Below are positions 14,815 through 30,155 of a stretch of DNA of 64,000 nt, one piece after another. Source of the DNA: Vicinamibacterales bacterium. GTDB lineage: Bacteria > Acidobacteriota > Vicinamibacteria > Vicinamibacterales > UBA8438. The notes beneath the pieces are model-generated. The model made no database searches and was not told the DNA's origin. It saw only the letters and a list, made by a program, of their open reading frames with translations. Location of the stretch: contig CBDCCN010000004.1 in NCBI GenBank assembly GCA_965214865.1, forward strand, positions 1,585,300 to 1,649,299. The letters are read 5' to 3'. Within the stretch, counting starts at the first letter, position 1, and the number at the start of each line of letters is the position of its first letter. Position numbers and translations under genes: made by a program.

Positions 14815-15699
14815 ATGTCTCGTTCCATGGTCAAGAGAACATTGGTACTGATCGCGGTGATCCTGTCCGGAGGATTGCTGGCTGCGGCTTGCGGAGGGGG
14901 AGGCGATGAGTTGCTGATCGCGCGCTCCTTCTTCCAGGCGGCGCGGTTCGACGACCGCACGTCCCTCGGCAACATGTCGCTGGTTCCCTTCACGCCGCAG
15001 GAAGACGGCATCGCGTCCAGTCCGGGCGTCGAGTTCGTCGGCGAGGAGGAACGGCGCCCCCTCCAGATGATCGAGCTGAGCCGGGCGCTCACGGAGACGC
15101 GGGACGCCGAGACGAACTTCCGCGCCGAGAAGAAGATGTACCAGGACGACAACGAGGAGCTGATCACCCTGGCCATCGAGTCCGGTCGTGAGGGTGAGGA
15201 TCCGAGCAACGCCGACATCAGGCGGGCCGCCCAGGCCTGGGCCGGTCGCACGGGTGAGCGGGCGCCGGGGAACAACCGCCTGCGGCGGGAGCGGTTCAAC
15301 GAGATTCGTGACGCCTGGAGCGCGCAGGTCTCCGAAGAGCGCGATTGGGCCCGCAACGTCTCAGATGCGCAGAACGCCCTCAACGAGGAGCGGCGCATCG
15401 TCGACGTCAGCCTCTACGACTTCGTCCGGGATTCACCCGAACAGATCGACGTCACCGAGTACGGCGGTGAGCTCGTCACGAAGCAGTTCACGGTCGCCGC
15501 GAACGTGACGAAGGACGAAGTCGAGGAAGAAAGGACGATGTGCTTCACGATCCAGAGGGCCGATCTGCACGGCGTCCCGATGCCGAGTGCAGAGGAAGAA
15601 GGCGAGATGACGGAAGGCGTCGTCGAGGGCCGCTGGATCATCACCGAGATCGACAAGACCAGCAACGCGCCCTGCGCGGGTCACGAAGCCGCGGAGTAG
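14815..15699 (+). CDS. hypothetical lipoprotein
   Basis: An AAGGAGG site precedes the ATG. The signal peptide has a lipobox (LLAAAC). The mature part is acidic and no family was recognised. Confidence 0.65.
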   Translation: MSRSMVKRTLVLIAVILSGGLLAAACGGGGDELLIARSFFQAARFDDRTSLGNMSLVPFTPQEDGIASSPGVEFVGEEERRPLQMIELSRALTETRDAETNFRAEKKMYQDDNEELITLAIESGREGEDPSNADIRRAAQAWAGRTGERAPGNNRLRRERFNEIRDAWSAQVSEERDWARNVSDAQNALNEERRIVDVSLYDFVRDSPEQIDVTEYGGELVTKQFTVAANVTKDEVEEERTMCFTIQRADLHGVPMPSAEEEGEMTEGVVEGRWIITEIDKTSNAPCAGHEAAE

Positions 15700-15711
15700 C
15701 CGCGGCGTGAT

Positions 15712-15745
15712 CCCCCCCGGGGGGAGGGGTACCATTCCCCCCCCC
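15712..15745. terminator. G/C homopolymer hairpin between convergent genes (candidate bidirectional terminator)
   Basis: C7 (15712-15718), G6 (15719-15724), A, G4 (15726-15729), loop TACCATT, then C9 (15737-15745). The G-run can pair either with the upstream C7 or the downstream C9. It starts 13 nt after the lipoprotein stop. There is no U-tract. Confidence 0.3.
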
Positions 15746-15778
15746 GCGTAATTGCTCGTCGTCTGTCCGAGACGCGTG

Positions 15779-15813
15779 GGGGCGGCCGGGGCCTTGTGGC
15801 GCTTGGCCGCCCC
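15779..15813. terminator. stem-loop, candidate terminator for mrpG or the lipoprotein gene
   Basis: A perfect 9-bp stem, GGGGCGGCC (15779-15787) with GGCCGCCCC (15805-15813), and a 17-nt loop. It lies in the convergent intergenic gap. Confidence 0.3.
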
Positions 15814-15916
15814 TCCCAGCCTCACGTCCGGGCCGACCTGCTCGGACGGTTCGGTGCGCCCGGCCCTGAATGGTAATGGCGTGCATTGAGGCGGTCCATG
15901 GCTGGCTGCGCAGGAT

Positions 15917-16294
15917 TCATCCGTTTCGCCGTTCAGGCGCACCGCGTCCTCTGCCGTACTTCCCCTCCCACTCGTCGATATGAGTCCTGTCCGACAGCGG
16001 GACGTTCATGCGGTACGCCGCGCGCGCGATGGCGTGGGCGGCGACCGGAGCCGTTACCAGCAGGAAGGTGATCGTCAGTCCGGCGATCGCGGTTTCCGCC
16101 GTCGTTCTGAAGTACATGGCTGCTCCGCCGAACACCAGGCCTACGCCGAGCGTCCCCGCCTTGGTGGAGGCATGCATGCGAATGAGCACGTCCGGCAGGC
16201 GCAAGATGCCCAGTCCGGCGACGAAAAGGAAGAAGCCTCCGGCCAGAAGGCACGCGGCAACGGTCAGATCCGACCACGGGATGTCACCTGCCAT
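15917..16294 (-). CDS. mrpG: Na+/H+ antiporter subunit G (MrpG/MnhG)
   Basis: 125 aa with three TM segments. LRLPDVLIRMHASTKAGTLGVG is the MnhG/PhaG signature. It is the last gene of the mrp operon. Confidence 0.85.
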   Translation of the reverse strand: MAGDIPWSDLTVAACLLAGGFFLFVAGLGILRLPDVLIRMHASTKAGTLGVGLVFGGAAMYFRTTAETAIAGLTITFLLVTAPVAAHAIARAAYRMNVPLSDRTHIDEWEGKYGRGRGAPERRNG

Positions 16295-16628
16295 CAGGTT
16301 CTTCCGCCCTTTCAGCGACCCTTCTGTCGCGATTGAGCTGGGCGGTCGTGCGCTCGGCGTACCAGGCGAAGGCGACCGTCGCCAGAAAGGCCACCAGCGC
16401 CAGCGCCACGGCGATGTCGAGAAAGTCGGGCTCGCTGTGCGTGATTGCGAGGAGGCCCGCGACAGCGACCGCCAGCACGGTGATGAGGTCGACCGATACG
16501 ACGCGATCCGGCAGACTCGGTCCCTTTATCAGGCGTACGAAGGAGAAAACCAGACCCAGTACGGTCAGGACCGTCGTGACGTCGACCGCCCACCCGACGA
16601 TCGGCGAGTGCTCCGCAAGGTCCGTCAC
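16284..16628 (-). CDS. mrpF: Na+/H+ antiporter subunit F (MrpF/MnhF)
   Basis: 114-aa hydrophobic protein (VLTVLGLVFSFVRLIKGPSLPDRVVSVDLITVLAVAV). The GTG start overlaps the mrpE stop (GTGA). The upstream part of the 283-aa track ORF is not coding-like. Confidence 0.8.
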   Translation of the reverse strand: MTDLAEHSPIVGWAVDVTTVLTVLGLVFSFVRLIKGPSLPDRVVSVDLITVLAVAVAGLLAITHSEPDFLDIAVALALVAFLATVAFAWYAERTTAQLNRDRRVAERAEEPDGR

Positions 16629-17098
16629 TGCATGGCCTCCCGGACCAGGCGCTCGAAGCCCGTCTTGATCCTCCTGCGCGTCTCGTCCGGATCGTCGACG
16701 AACATCTCGTGCACGTACAGCGTCTTCCCGTCGGGGCTGACGTCGAGGCTCAGCGAACCCGGCGTCAACGAGATGAGATTCGCCAGCACCGTGATCTGTA
16801 TCGGCTCCTTGATATCCAGCGGCACGGCTACGATGGCCGGGCGCGATCTGTGCGTGGGTGTGATCACGTCCCAGGCGACCTGGAAACTCGAGACCGTGAG
16901 CTCGTACAGGAAGTAGGCCCCCAAACGGGCCGCCAGCAGGACCCGCTTGAAGTAGGCGGTCTGTCCGTACATGGGACTCGACAGGCTCAGGGCCGCGAAC
17001 GCCAGGAGGAAGCCCCAGACGAAAGTCCCCAGGTCGAAGGTCCCGAACAATGCGCACCAGCCGCCGGCGAGCAGCAGGTTGATCTGGAAGAGTCTCAT
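16625..17098 (-). CDS. mrpE: Na+/H+ antiporter subunit E (MrpE/MnhE)
   Basis: 157 aa starting MRLFQINLLLAGGWCALFG, with VLANLISLTPGSLSLDVS typical of MnhE. The ATG overlaps the mrpD stop (ATGA). Confidence 0.85.
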   Translation of the reverse strand: MRLFQINLLLAGGWCALFGTFDLGTFVWGFLLAFAALSLSSPMYGQTAYFKRVLLAARLGAYFLYELTVSSFQVAWDVITPTHRSRPAIVAVPLDIKEPIQITVLANLISLTPGSLSLDVSPDGKTLYVHEMFVDDPDETRRRIKTGFERLVREAMQ

Positions 17099-18633
17099 TC
17101 CGCGTTGTCTCCGTAACCGGGCGCGGTGACCGCAAGACCGTCCCCGCCGAGCACGGCCGCGACGTAGTTCGAAGGGGCCATCAGCTCGGTGGCGGCTCGT
17201 TCCGCCAGCGCGTACAGCGGCCGGGCGTAGAGACCGATCGCCAGCGTGACGATCGCCAGCGTCGCAATGGGAGCCAGCAGCAGCCACCGCCGCTGCGGCG
17301 CGAGCGAGGGCGGCGGCCCGGCCTCGTCCGGGCGAGCCTTCCAGAAGGCGTTCAGCCAGATCTTGGTCATCGAATACATGGTCAGCAGACCCACGGTCAA
17401 CGCTACGCCCGCAATGACGAATGCATCGCTCTCGATCGAGGCCTGAATCAGCAGCAGCTTCGCCCAGAAGCCGGACAGCGGCGGGAAGCCCGCCAGCGAG
17501 AACGCCGGCACGAAGAACAGCGCCGCGAGCAGCGGCTTGTCGCGGTAGAGCCCGCCGAGCGTCCGAAGGTCGGTCGATCCGGCCAGGCGATTCACGGCGC
17601 CTGAAACGAAAAAGAGGTTCGCCTTCACGATGATGTGGTGGATTACGTAGAAGATCCCGCCCAGCAACCCGGAAGTCGTGAAGAGCGCCAGACCCAGGAT
17701 CATGTACCCGATCTGGCTGATGATGTGGAACGACAGTATGCGCCTCAACTCGTTCTGGGATGCGGCGCCGAGAACGCCGGTGACCATGGTCAAGCCCGCC
17801 ACCCAGAGCAGCAGCTCGTGCGTGTACCCGACGTCGTGTCGGAAGATCAGCGTGAAGAAGCGCATCAACGCGTAGACGCCTACCTTCGTCAGCAGGCCGG
17901 AGAAAACGGCCGAAACCGCGGTCTGCGGCGTGTGGTAGCTGGCCGGAAGCCAGAAGAAGAGCGGGAATACCGCCGACTTCAGGCCGAACGCGATGATGAA
18001 CACCATGGCGACCAGGGTGAGCAGCCCCTGGTCTTCGACCTCCTGCACTCGCAAGTGCAGGTCCGCCATGTTGAGCGTGCCCGTCAATCCGTACAGCAGT
18101 CCGATGCCGCTCAGCAGCAGCGTCGTCGCGATCAGGCTGAGGGCGGCGTAGCGCACGGCTCCATCCAGTTGCGCCGGCCTTCCTCCGAGTATCAGCAGGG
18201 CCAGCGAGGCGATGAGCATGACCTCGAACCAGACGTAGAGATTGAAGACGTCTCCCGCCAGGAACGCGCCGCACACGCCCGCCAGCAGTGCGTGCAACAA
18301 CGGATGCAGAGCATGGGAGAGCTGGCTGCGCCGCGTGTCTCCGAAGGCGTAGATCACGGTAGCCAGTCCGATCAGGGCGGAGACCGCGACCATCGCCGCG
18401 CTCAGGTGATCCGCCACCAGCGTGATGCCGTAGGGTGCAGGCCACCGGCCGATCTGGACCGACGCGATACCCTCTCGCCACACCGTCGACAGCAGGCCCG
18501 CGGCCGCCCCCGACAGGCCGATGGCGCCGGCGAGGCTCACGGCTCTTTGCGCCCTGTCGCTGCCGCGCCCCGCAAAGCCGATCACGGCCGCGGCCAACGG
18601 AATCACGATCGGACAGACCAGCAGCCAGTTCAA
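17095..18633 (-). CDS. mrpD: Na+/H+ antiporter subunit D (MrpD/MnhD, NuoN/NuoM-like)
   Basis: 512-aa polytopic protein of the proton-conducting membrane transporter family (FNLYVWFEVMLIASLALL, FFWLPASYHTPQTAVSAVFSGLLTKVGVYAL). The TTG start overlaps the mrpC stop. Confidence 0.9.
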   Translation of the reverse strand: MNWLLVCPIVIPLAAAVIGFAGRGSDRAQRAVSLAGAIGLSGAAAGLLSTVWREGIASVQIGRWPAPYGITLVADHLSAAMVAVSALIGLATVIYAFGDTRRSQLSHALHPLLHALLAGVCGAFLAGDVFNLYVWFEVMLIASLALLILGGRPAQLDGAVRYAALSLIATTLLLSGIGLLYGLTGTLNMADLHLRVQEVEDQGLLTLVAMVFIIAFGLKSAVFPLFFWLPASYHTPQTAVSAVFSGLLTKVGVYALMRFFTLIFRHDVGYTHELLLWVAGLTMVTGVLGAASQNELRRILSFHIISQIGYMILGLALFTTSGLLGGIFYVIHHIIVKANLFFVSGAVNRLAGSTDLRTLGGLYRDKPLLAALFFVPAFSLAGFPPLSGFWAKLLLIQASIESDAFVIAGVALTVGLLTMYSMTKIWLNAFWKARPDEAGPPPSLAPQRRWLLLAPIATLAIVTLAIGLYARPLYALAERAATELMAPSNYVAAVLGGDGLAVTAPGYGDNAE

Positions 18634-19016
18634 CCGGCCGTCCTCTGTTCCGCATCCGCCCCCGCCGACGTGGGTTCGGCGGCCCGCATTCGGTCGGTGT
18701 CCACGGTTTCCAGCTCCTGATACGTCCGGAAGGCCAGCACCAGCGCGAACGTCAGCAGGCTGAAAGAGATCACGATAGCGGTCAGAATCAACGCCTGGGG
18801 CACGGCGTTCGAGACCTCGGGGAGGGGCGCGGACTCTCCCGCTGCAATCAGCGGCGGCCGGGCGCGCGTCATGCCTCCGCTGGCGAAGATCACCAGATTG
18901 GCGGCATGGGAAAGCAGCGCCAGACCGAAAATGAAACGAACGAAGTTGCGGCTGAGCATCAGGTAGACGGTTGCCGCCATCAGGACGCCGACCAGCACCG
19001 CGACGATTGGTTCCAT
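18630..19016 (-). CDS. mrpC: Na+/H+ antiporter subunit C (MrpC/MnhC, NuoK-like)
   Basis: 128 aa with three TM segments (VYLMLSRNFVRFIFGLALLSHAANLVIF...QALILTAIVISF). Confidence 0.9.
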   Translation of the reverse strand: MEPIVAVLVGVLMAATVYLMLSRNFVRFIFGLALLSHAANLVIFASGGMTRARPPLIAAGESAPLPEVSNAVPQALILTAIVISFSLLTFALVLAFRTYQELETVDTDRMRAAEPTSAGADAEQRTAG

Positions 19017-19047
19017 CAGTGACTTCCCCGCTGCCCGCGCCTGCCGG

Positions 19048-21771
<2,724 letters not shown>

Positions 21772-21859
21772 GCTCGATTCCCCGAGCGGCCGCTAGTTCG
21801 AAACGCGTCGTCGCGGGTCGTGCCCATTTGCGCGCGCACAAGTATAGCTGACGCGTCCG

Positions 21860-23527
21860 TCACTCGATCGGGGCGCCGTCGCACGCCATGAGGGCCCGAT
21901 GCATCCAGAACGGCAGGCAACCCTGGCCGAGGAGCCGGTCGTGGAAGCGCAGCAGCGAGAACCCCTCGCCCTCGGCTTCGCGCACGTCGGCGCGCAGCTT
22001 CAGCAGCATCAGCTTGCCGAGGGCGTACAGCACGCAGCCGGGGTCGAACGTGGCCCGCTCGGCCTCCTGCCGCGCGCTCGACTCCTCCAGGTGCGCCTCG
22101 TCGCAGAAGAAGCGGACGCCCTGCTCGACGGACAGATCCTCGGTGTGCAACCGGATGCCGACGATGGTCCGGGCCAGACACACGAGCGCCTCCGCCAACT
22201 GGCCGAGCCGCACTTCGGGATTGCCCCGCTCGAAACCCGCGTCGAGGACCATTCGCTCGGCGTAGTGCGCCCAGCCCTCGACGAACGAGCTGGCCGCGAA
22301 GAACCCGGACTTCCGGCAGGGCGACGATACCGCACGCAGGTGCTCGACGTGCAGGAAGTGGCCGGGAAACACCTCGTGCGCGGCGACCGACGACAGGGTC
22401 GCGTAACTCAGGTCGCGCAGGTGCTCTTCCTGCCGCTCCGCCGACCACGACGGGTCGACGCCGGTGACGTGGTAGCGCGCCGGCACGTTCGCCGTCTCGA
22501 ACGGCCCGGGCGTCCAGAGCCCGGCCGCGGTCCAGCGCTGGAAATCGGGCGTCGGGCGCACGTGAACCCCGGCATGCTCCGGAATGCTCACGACGCGGTT
22601 CCGGGTGAGGAACGTCCTGAGCGCCTCCACCCGTTCGCCCGCCTCGCGGGCGAGAGCGTCCGGCGCCGGATGGCGGGCCCTGGTGCGGCGCCACGCCGCG
22701 TCCGGGTCGGGATCGATCTCCGCCGCGACCCGCGCGAACTCGTCCTGCGTCGCATGCAGTTCGCGCCGGGCGACCTCGAGCAGCCGCTCCGCGGGCAGAT
22801 CGAGACCCTCTTCCAGCCGCAGCTTCTGCTCGAAGCGGGCCCGGCCGAGCCGGAACGAGGCGCGGCTCTTCGGCGCCACGGCATCGCGCAGGTGGGCGAC
22901 GTGCTCGCGCAGGGCGTCGCTCGCGTCCATCGAAGTATCCGCGAGCACGCCGAGCAGATGCATGTCCTCCAGGTCGCGGAACGCGCGGGGCAGATCCTGC
23001 TCGACGAACCCGAGCACCCCTTCGAACGACTCGATGCCGACCTTGACGAAGAGGCCGGGCGCCTCCGTGACGTTCTGCCGCGCCGCGTCGAGCAGCCGCG
23101 GAACCTGCCTCAGCTTCGAGCCGACGCGCCGCGCCCGCTCCGGCAGATCGGCATGGGCGAACAGGGTCTGCCCGGCGAGACTGGTCGCCAGGGTGTCGGC
23201 GTAGTACAGGGGATTGCGCTGCCAGTCGCGCACCTCTTCGAGAGCGAACAGGTGGCCGCGGATACGGTCGCCGAGCATACGCCGCTCCAGCGCCTCGACC
23301 GGCGTCAGCGCCGACGGATTGATGCCGTCGAGGCGGCGCGCCCAGCCGCCGAGCTCCCGGATGCGGGCGTCAATCGCGGTTCGACTCAGGTCTTCCAGCA
23401 GGTCGTCGTGCGTGTGGACGCCGTCCGCGGCGGCGGCCGTCGGGTACATCTCGTAGAGGTGGGCGAGGTGCTCCTCGACGAAGTGCGGGAGCGGCTCGGA
23501 GACGTGGGCGGTGGTGGACTGGCGCAT
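21860..23527 (-). CDS. DUF885 family protein (putative metallopeptidase-like)
   Basis: The HEVFPGHFLHVEH and EGWAHYAERMVLD motifs and the C-terminal region are typical of DUF885. The ATG at 23527 is preferred over the TTG at 23578. No signal peptide is seen. Confidence 0.8.
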   Translation of the reverse strand: MRQSTTAHVSEPLPHFVEEHLAHLYEMYPTAAAADGVHTHDDLLEDLSRTAIDARIRELGGWARRLDGINPSALTPVEALERRMLGDRIRGHLFALEEVRDWQRNPLYYADTLATSLAGQTLFAHADLPERARRVGSKLRQVPRLLDAARQNVTEAPGLFVKVGIESFEGVLGFVEQDLPRAFRDLEDMHLLGVLADTSMDASDALREHVAHLRDAVAPKSRASFRLGRARFEQKLRLEEGLDLPAERLLEVARRELHATQDEFARVAAEIDPDPDAAWRRTRARHPAPDALAREAGERVEALRTFLTRNRVVSIPEHAGVHVRPTPDFQRWTAAGLWTPGPFETANVPARYHVTGVDPSWSAERQEEHLRDLSYATLSSVAAHEVFPGHFLHVEHLRAVSSPCRKSGFFAASSFVEGWAHYAERMVLDAGFERGNPEVRLGQLAEALVCLARTIVGIRLHTEDLSVEQGVRFFCDEAHLEESSARQEAERATFDPGCVLYALGKLMLLKLRADVREAEGEGFSLLRFHDRLLGQGCLPFWMHRALMACDGAPIE

Positions 23528-23637
23528 CGGACTTTCGGGAAACGGTCGAGCGGTGCGTAACCCCCCTTGATGGTACAATACCGCCGTCGCGCGGTAGTTT
23601 CCGTGCGGCGGCGCCCGCGGCAGCCCGCTGACATCTC

Positions 23638-24492
23638 GTGCCTTCTCCGCTCACGCCCGGCACGCTTCACATCGTGTCGACGCCCATCGGCAATCTCGAG
23701 GACGTGACCTATCGGGCGATCCGGGTGCTGCGCGACGTCGACCTGATCGCGGCGGAGGATACCCGCCGGACGGCCCGGCTGCTCGACCACTACGGCATCA
23801 CGACGCGCCGCGTCAGCCTGCACGAGCACAACGAAACACGCCGGACGGCGGGTCTGCTGGCGCGGCTTTCCGAGGGCCGGACGCTCGCACTGGTGAGCGA
23901 CGCCGGCACCCCGCTGATCTCGGACCCGGGCCGCAGACTCGCGCGGGCGGCGCTCGCGGCCGGCTTCCGGGTCGAGGCGGTCCCCGGCGCGAGCGCCGTG
24001 CTCGCGGCGCTCGTCGCCTCCGGTCTGGCGGAGGACGCCTTCACGTTCGCGGGTTTTCCTCCGGCCAGGTCGAAGGACAGAAGGCAGTGGTACGGGGAGG
24101 TCGCGCACGAACCGCGGCCCGTCGTCTTCTTCGAGGCGCCGCACCGGATCCGCGCGTCGCTGATGGATCTCGAAGCGGTGAGCGGCAGTCGGACCGTCGC
24201 GGTATGCAGGGAAATGACCAAGACCCACGAAGATTTGGTCGTTGGACAGACAAACGAGGTTCTCGCCGCCCTTCCGAATCCACGCGGCGAGTTCACCGTG
24301 GTCCTGAAGCAGGCCCCGGCGCCCGGGGCGCAGCCGGAAATCCCGGTCGAGACGGAGCTGCTTCACGAGTTCGGGCTCTTGACAGAAGGCGGGCTTTCCC
24401 GGCGGGCGTCGATTCGTTCCCTGGCCTCGAAGTATGACGTGTCGAGCCGCACGGTGTACCAGGCGATCGAAAGCGCGAGAGAGCGAAGTTGA
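23638..24492 (+). CDS. rsmI: 16S rRNA (cytidine1402-2'-O)-methyltransferase RsmI
   Basis: Motifs seen: LHIVSTPIGNLEDVTYRAIRVLRDVDLIAAEDTRRT, SDAGTPLISDPG and FEAPHR. GTG start. Confidence 0.9.
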   Translation: MPSPLTPGTLHIVSTPIGNLEDVTYRAIRVLRDVDLIAAEDTRRTARLLDHYGITTRRVSLHEHNETRRTAGLLARLSEGRTLALVSDAGTPLISDPGRRLARAALAAGFRVEAVPGASAVLAALVASGLAEDAFTFAGFPPARSKDRRQWYGEVAHEPRPVVFFEAPHRIRASLMDLEAVSGSRTVAVCREMTKTHEDLVVGQTNEVLAALPNPRGEFTVVLKQAPAPGAQPEIPVETELLHEFGLLTEGGLSRRASIRSLASKYDVSSRTVYQAIESARERS

Positions 24493-25895
24493 TCGAACGG
24501 CACGTCCTCGTACTGGCGGCGGGCAAGGGCACCCGGATGCGTTCGGGCCGCCCGAAGGTGCTGCACCGGTTGGCCGGCTGTCCGCTCGTCGAGCACGTCC
24601 TGCGCGCGGCGGACCCGCTCGGCGCCGCGTCGACGACGCTCGTCGTCGGCCATCAGGCGGAGGTCGTCGAGCGCGAGCTCGCCGCCGCGCGCGGCGCGCT
24701 CCGCTTCGTGCGCCAGGAGCTGCAGCTCGGTACGGCGCACGCGGTGCTGCAGGCCGAGCCGGTGCTGGCCGGGCGGAACGGAACCCTCGTCGTGCTGATG
24801 GGCGACGCGCCGCTCGTGTCGCCCGAGACCACGGAGGTCCTGGCGGAGACCCACGAACGGACGGGCGCGGCGGCGACCGTGCTCACCGCGACCCTGGAGC
24901 GCCCGTACGGGTACGGCCGCATCGTGCGCCGGGGCGGGCAGCTCGCCGAAGTGGTCGAGGAAGCGGACGCGACGGCCGAGCATCGCGCGGTGCGCGAAGT
25001 CAACAGCGGCGTCTACGCGTTCGACCTGGCGCCGCTCTTCCCGGCCCTGCGGGCGGTGCCGGAGGCGGGACCGAAGCGTGAACGCTACCTGCCGGGCATC
25101 CTGCGGCGGTACCGCGAGCAGGGACGCAGGGTCGAAACCGTGGTCGCGGCGGCCGACGAGATCCGCGGCATCAACAGCCGGCACGAGCTGGCGGAAGCAG
25201 GCTCCCTGATGCGTCACCGAAAGAACGAGGAAATGATGGCGGCCGGCGTGACCATCATCGACCCGGCCACCGCGTTCGTCGACGTCGACGTGGAGGTCGG
25301 ACCCGACACCGTGATCCATCCGGGCGTCATTCTCGAGGGGCGCACGTCGATCGGCGCCCGCTGCGAACTGCACGCGGGCGTCCGGATCGTGAACTCGGTC
25401 GTCGGTGACGACGTCACGGTCAACAACCACTCCGTCATCATCGACGCCGAGATCGCCGCCGCCGCCCGCGTCGGCCCCTTCGCGCACGTCCGCCCCGGCT
25501 CCACCGTCGGCGAGCAGGCGAAGGTCGGCAACTTCGTCGAGATCAAGAAATCGACGCTCGGCGCCCGGTCCAAGGCCGGTCACCTGAGCTACGTCGGCGA
25601 CGCCGCGGTCGGCGCCGGCGTGAACATCGGCGCCGGGACCATCACCTGCAACTTCGATGGCGCGGTGAAGCGCCGCACGACGATCGGGGAGGACGTCTTC
25701 ATCGGCAGCGGCACGCAACTGGTCGCGCCGGTCACGGTGGAACGCGGCGCATACGTCGCGGCCGGCTCCTGCATCACGGACGACGTGCCGGCCGGCGCGC
25801 TCGCGGTGGGGCGGAGCCGGCAGGTGAACAAGGAAGGGCGCGCGGCGGCCGTGCGGAAGAAGGCGGCGGATTCGGAACGGGAGTCTGCGCCGTAG
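24489..25895 (+). CDS. glmU: bifunctional UDP-N-acetylglucosamine pyrophosphorylase / glucosamine-1-phosphate N-acetyltransferase GlmU
   Basis: N-terminal [18 protein letters not shown] is followed by left-handed beta-helix hexapeptide repeats in the C-terminal half. The TTG start overlaps the rsmI stop. Confidence 0.95.
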   Translation: MIERHVLVLAAGKGTRMRSGRPKVLHRLAGCPLVEHVLRAADPLGAASTTLVVGHQAEVVERELAAARGALRFVRQELQLGTAHAVLQAEPVLAGRNGTLVVLMGDAPLVSPETTEVLAETHERTGAAATVLTATLERPYGYGRIVRRGGQLAEVVEEADATAEHRAVREVNSGVYAFDLAPLFPALRAVPEAGPKRERYLPGILRRYREQGRRVETVVAAADEIRGINSRHELAEAGSLMRHRKNEEMMAAGVTIIDPATAFVDVDVEVGPDTVIHPGVILEGRTSIGARCELHAGVRIVNSVVGDDVTVNNHSVIIDAEIAAAARVGPFAHVRPGSTVGEQAKVGNFVEIKKSTLGARSKAGHLSYVGDAAVGAGVNIGAGTITCNFDGAVKRRTTIGEDVFIGSGTQLVAPVTVERGAYVAAGSCITDDVPAGALAVGRSRQVNKEGRAAAVRKKAADSERESAP

Positions 25896-25972
25896 CAAGG
25901 CACGGATTCCCGGAGAGGTTGGGCCGGAAGCGGAGCCGCAAGGCGACGATTCCGGGTCGGGAGCAAGCGCAT

Positions 25973-27809
<1,837 letters not shown>

Positions 27810-27817
<8 letters not shown>

Positions 27818-30155
27818 TCAGGCAGCCCAGGCGGCTCGGGCGTCCGACACGGACCTGCTGGCCGGGCTCAATCCGGAGCAGCGCGCGGCGGTGCTGCACC
27901 GCGCCGGACCGCTGCTGATCCTGGCCGGCGCCGGGTCCGGCAAGACGCGGGTCATCTGCTACCGGCTCGCCGCCCTCATCGGCGGCGGTCATGCGCGGCC
28001 GGAGCAGGTTCTGGCGGTCACTTTCACCAACAAGGCGGCGGAGGAGATGCGGGGCCGCGTCGAGCAGCTCCTCGGCAGGACGGCGCCGCGCCTCTGGGTC
28101 TCCACGTTCCACGCCTTCTGCGCGCGGATGCTGCGCCGGGAGGGACCGCGGATCGGCCTCTCCCGCGATTTCGTGATCTACGACAGCGTCGACCAGCTCA
28201 ACGTGGTGCGGCAGGCCATGCGGGAGCTGGACGTCGACCCCAAGATGGTGCCGGCGAAGGCCCTGCTGTCGCGCATCAGCCAGGCGAAGAACCGCCTGCG
28301 GAGCGCCGCCGACCTCCGCCGGGCCGACCAGAGCTTCGCCGACGAGCAGCTCGCGGCGGTCTACGAGCGCTACGCCCGCGTGCTGCGTGGGAGCCGGGCG
28401 CTCGACTTCGACGACCTGCTGCTGAAGACGGTGACGCTGTTCGAGGAATCGGCGGAGACGCGCGCCCGGTACGCGGAACGCTTCCGCTACGTCATGGTCG
28501 ACGAGTACCAGGACACGAACCGGCCGCAGTATCTGCTGATCCGGCACCTCGCAGAGCGGCACCGCAACCTTTGCGTGGTCGGCGATCCCGACCAGTCCAT
28601 CTACAAGTGGCGGGGCGCGGACCTGCGCAACATCCTGGACTTCGAGGACGACTTTCCCGAAACCACCGTCGTCCGCCTCGAGCGCAACTACCGGTCCACG
28701 CAGGTCATCCTCGACGCCGCGTCCGGGCTGATCGCCCACAACCGCCGCCGCCGGAAGAAGCGCCTCTACACGGAGAGCGGCAGCGGGGAGCCGGTCGTCT
28801 TCCACCGCGCCGCCGACGAGCTCGAGGAGGCCGACTTCATCCTCGGCCGGCTTCGCGGCGCGCCCGGACGCGCTGCGGTGCTCTTTCGCACCAACGCGCA
28901 GTCGCGGGTGATCGAGGAGGCCCTGGTGCGCGCCGGCGTCCGGTACCGCGTGATCGGCGGGGTCCGGTTCTACGAGCGCAAGGAGGTCAAGGACGCCCTG
29001 GCGTACCTGAAGCTGCTGCTGAACCCGGACGACGACGTCAGCCTGCGCCGCGTCATCAACGTCCCGGCGAGGGGGATCGGCGCCGGGGTGATGGAGGGGC
29101 TGGAAGGCATCGAACCCGCGCCCGTCCACGACGCCCCGCTGTTCGACGGACCGCCGGGAGGGGAGGCGCCCGAGGCCGGCTGGTCGCTCTGGAAGCGGCT
29201 GCTGCGCGCGACCGACGAGCGTCTGCTCCCGAAGCGGGCCCTCACCGCGCTGTCGGCGTTCCGGACGCTGCTGGAGTCGCTCCGGGCCGCCGCCGCGAAC
29301 GAATCGGTCTCGACCACCATCTCCCGGGCGCTCACCGACAGCGGCTACGTCCCGGCGCTGCGCAAGGACGGCAGCGAGGAGGCCGAGAACCGGCTGGCCA
29401 ACCTGATGGAGCTGGTCTCGGCGGCCCAGGACTACGAGGTGCGGGAGGAGGAGCACAGCCTGGGCGGCTTCGTCGACCGGCAGTCGCTGCTGTCGGAGGC
29501 GGACGAAGGGGAGGGGCCGGACGACGCGGGCGTCTGGCTGATGACCCTGCACGCCGCCAAGGGACTCGAATTCCCGCTCGTCGTGCTGGCGGGGATGGAG
29601 GACGGGCTGTTCCCCCACTCCCGCACCCTGGAGGATGAAGAGGGGCTGGAGGAGGAGCGGCGGCTCTGCTACGTCGGGATGACGCGGGCCGAGCGGCGGC
29701 TGGTGCTGACCAGCGCCGCCCGGCGGCGTCTGTTCGGCGAGTACCAGTCGACCGAGCCGTCACGCTTTCTGTTCGAGATTCCGCACGAGCTGGTCCGGGT
29801 GGTCGAGCCGGCGTACAGTCCGCACTCGCCCGCGGCCGGATACGAGGTCCCGCGGCGGACCTACGGCGGCGGGCGCCCGTACGGCGGCCCGCGCACGCGC
29901 GGCGGCGGGCGGCGGCGAGGCCCTGCCGGCGAAGCGCCCGTGGGCACAGCGCCCGACACCTTCTACGACGACGAGGACGAGGACCAGTCGCAGGGGGGCA
30001 TCTCGCGCGGCGCGCGGGTGCGGCACCCGAAGTTCGGGGTCGGCACGGTGGTGGGCGTCGAACCGGCGGCGGGCGACCTGAAGCTCTCCATCCGGTTCAC
30101 CGGCATCGGCGTGAAGAAGCTCCTCGCGCGCTACGCGAAGCTGGAGCGGCTGTGA
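27810..30155 (+). CDS. ATP-dependent DNA helicase, UvrD/PcrA/Rep family
   Basis: Walker [45 protein letters not shown] and YVGMTRA. The C-terminal Gly/Arg-rich tail ends in a Tudor-like [12 protein letters not shown] segment. It overlaps glmS by 8 nt. Confidence 0.9.

Noticed and set aside
25896-25972. Possible glmS ribozyme or riboswitch upstream of glmS
   Set aside because: The glmU-glmS spacer is only 77 nt, too short for the roughly 170-nt ribozyme, and I could see no matching core structure.
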